NCBI GenBank assembly: GCA_964016885.1
Contig: OZ024753.1
Location: 6,634,001 to 6,698,000 of the forward strand
Source of the DNA: Eledone cirrhosa
Taxonomy: Eukaryota
Direction of reading: 5' to 3'
DNA length: 64,000 nt
Notes under the pieces: generated by a model
The model's database searches: none
What the model saw: only the letters and a program-made list of their open reading frames with translations
What the model was told of the DNA's origin: nothing
Translations under genes and position numbers: made by a program
In this document: in pieces, positions 61,950 to 64,000 of the stretch
Numbering within the stretch: position 1 is the stretch's first letter
Layout: every line of letters starts with the position of its first letter

Positions 61950-62215
61950 GCTCAACCAAAGTTGGATTCATCCGACTAGGGTGAGAAAAAGATGGATTTT
62001 AGATGTGCCAGTTATCGCAAGGGCAGTGTTCTCAAACACTCCTTCCAGCATCTTATCCGACCTGACCCCTAAGCTTCCTCAGCGAGACCAGCCAAATTCA
62101 ATGATGTCATCTAATCACCTTCACGGATCTACCCCTGGGTTTCCTGTCGGTTGGTTTTGATCGTAAATTATGTCTAACGATTATTTCCTGATATTCTATC
62201 TACATGCCCACATTT
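61950..62215 (-). mobile_element. Highly degenerate LINE (RTE-like) 3' fragment
   Basis: Minus strand GHVDR... followed by decayed coding-like sequence. Confidence 0.3.
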
Positions 62216-63034
62216 TCTGTAAAGTGTTTAAAAGTTTATTCAGTTCTCTTAGTGTTCTAGTCAATTGAAAACTTTTTTCGTACTTGTATTTCCTTTGTCA
62301 TTTACTTTCCATCTCATCTCTGCTACAATGATAATTACTTTGGGAATCAATACGATAACAAGCAAATATATAAATTAAATATGTTTTAGAGTCACCTTTG
62401 ACTAAAACATTAATTTATCATACAACGGCTTTCATATAATAGAAACCCCGAGGGCCTATCTCATGTGGAAGGTTCTGGATTAATTTGAGAAATTGAAAAC
62501 TTACTTTGTACCTATATTTTCTTTCTCCTTTACTTTCCATCTCATTTCTGCTAGAATGACAATTACTTTAGGAATATTTCAGATAAGAATCACATATACA
62601 AATGAGTATTTTCAAGAGTCACCTTTCGCTAAAACATTGTTAATTTATCGTACGATGTTTTTAAGGTAAAAAAAACTATGAGGAATTATGAAGTGTGGAA
62701 AGTTCTGGAACTAATTTGAGGAATTAACTAAATGCTGTATTTTTTTTTTTTAGTATTTTTTTTTTGTGGGGGGGGGGGTTAGAGAACCCTCCCAATAACA
62801 CGAGCTCAATATATCAACTCATCTTTACTGTATACGTTCGAAATAGTCATAAATATGATTTCACATAACGTAAAAGGAAATCAACTAAATCTTAAAATTT
62901 TATAGTTAGATAATATTAATGAGCCGGAATCATTTCGTAATTCTTTACGTAATGATTCCACCTCATTAATATTGGTTTCAATTCATAATATATTCTTGTC
63001 TGGACATTTAATTAGTGATATGATGTAGTGTAAA

Positions 63035-63670
63035 TAATTGGTTCTACTTTGGGCACACGGCCAGCAATTATCTCAGTGCATTACTGGTACTTTATTTTAC
63101 CGACCCCATAAGGATGAAAGGCAAAGATAACCTCGGCGTGATTTGAACTCAGAACGTAAAGGGACATAATTCTATACTGCAAAGAATGGTGTCTAACACT
63201 CTACCGAAACTGCCAATGATAATGGTTTTTTATATAGGCATAAGGCCAGCAGTTTTGGGAGGAGGGGAAAGTCGATTAAATCGACCCCAGTGCGTGACTG
63301 GTACTTTATTTTACCCACCTCGTAAGGATGAAAGGCAAAGATAACCTCGGCGGGATTTGAACTCAGAATGGCTAGGGCCGTAACTCTATACTGCAAAGCA
63401 TGACGCTCTGCCGCTACTGCCAATGATAATAATTGTTTCTATTTTAGGCACAAGGCCAGCTATTAACCAGTGTATTACTGGTACTTTATTTTATCGCCCC
63501 CGTAAGGATGAAAGGCAAAGTTAACCTCGGCGGGATTTGAACTCAGATAATAATAATAATGATTTCATTTATTAGCCACAAGGGCCGACATGTAGGGGAC
63601 AATACAAAGACAGGGATTTGAACTCAGAATTGCAAGGGCCGTAACTCTATGCGTCAAAGCATGGCGTCCG
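63035..63670 (-). mobile_element. SINE cluster (three to four copies)
   Basis: Repeated tail, core and B-box sequence. Confidence 0.85.
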
Positions 63671-63689
63671 AATAATAATAATCATAATA

Positions 63690-63790
63690 TAGCATTATAG
63701 ATATTCACGTACCAGCTGACAAGAATACATGTATAAAAACAATAGAAAACTGTCAAAATACAAAGACCTGGAAATAGAGATCAACCTAAC
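63690..63790 (+). mobile_element. Degenerate R4/Dong-like RLE fragment
   Basis: IIDIHVPADKNTCIKTIE(fs)LSKYKDLEIEI after (AAT)n. Confidence 0.6.
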
Positions 63791-64000
63791 GGAGCACATA
63801 CAGAATAAATATCCTACGCATAAAAATTAGTTAGAAATGTCTTTACCTGAATAAAGAAAAACATTAGAGTACCAATTGTTAATACACTTCATAAAAATAA
63901 ATTATTATGACACCCTAATTACATGCTTGGGATCACCAAAGACAGAAAGGGACAATGTATTGAGTTTCGGCTATTCGATCTCATCAGACTAATGGGAAAC

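Noticed and set aside
63945-63995. Minus-strand CTGATGA...GAAAC hammerhead
   Set aside because: Core words are present but there is no convincing stem I, and it lies at the window edge.

Overview
Eukaryotic, very AT-rich and microsatellite-saturated intronic/intergenic DNA. The SINE and Helitron families resemble those I know from octopod cephalopods (inference). No intact protein-coding gene is evident, and nearly all long ORFs in the track are translated (TA)n/(CA)n/(ACC)n repeats. Recognisable content: about 20 tRNA-derived SINE copies, an R4/Dong-type RLE retrotransposon 3' end in (TAA)n, RTE LINE fragments (one with a twin-priming inversion), Penelope GIY-YIG fragments, two non-autonomous Helitrons, hAT-like MITEs, a 5S rRNA fragment, several minisatellites and a decayed coding-like segment at the left edge. 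The standout signal is a dense population of non-coding, hammerhead-ribozyme (HHR)-bearing elements inserted in (TA)n tracts, mostly as head-to-head palindromes. Two 2.3-3.3 kb arrays of a 467-bp unit carry one minimal type I HHR per unit and one internal inversion each (retrozyme-like). At least six further short families carry HHR cores. In one case the inversion point falls exactly at the predicted ribozyme cleavage site. All folds were read by eye, so coordinates may be off by a few nt and ribozyme activity is untested.
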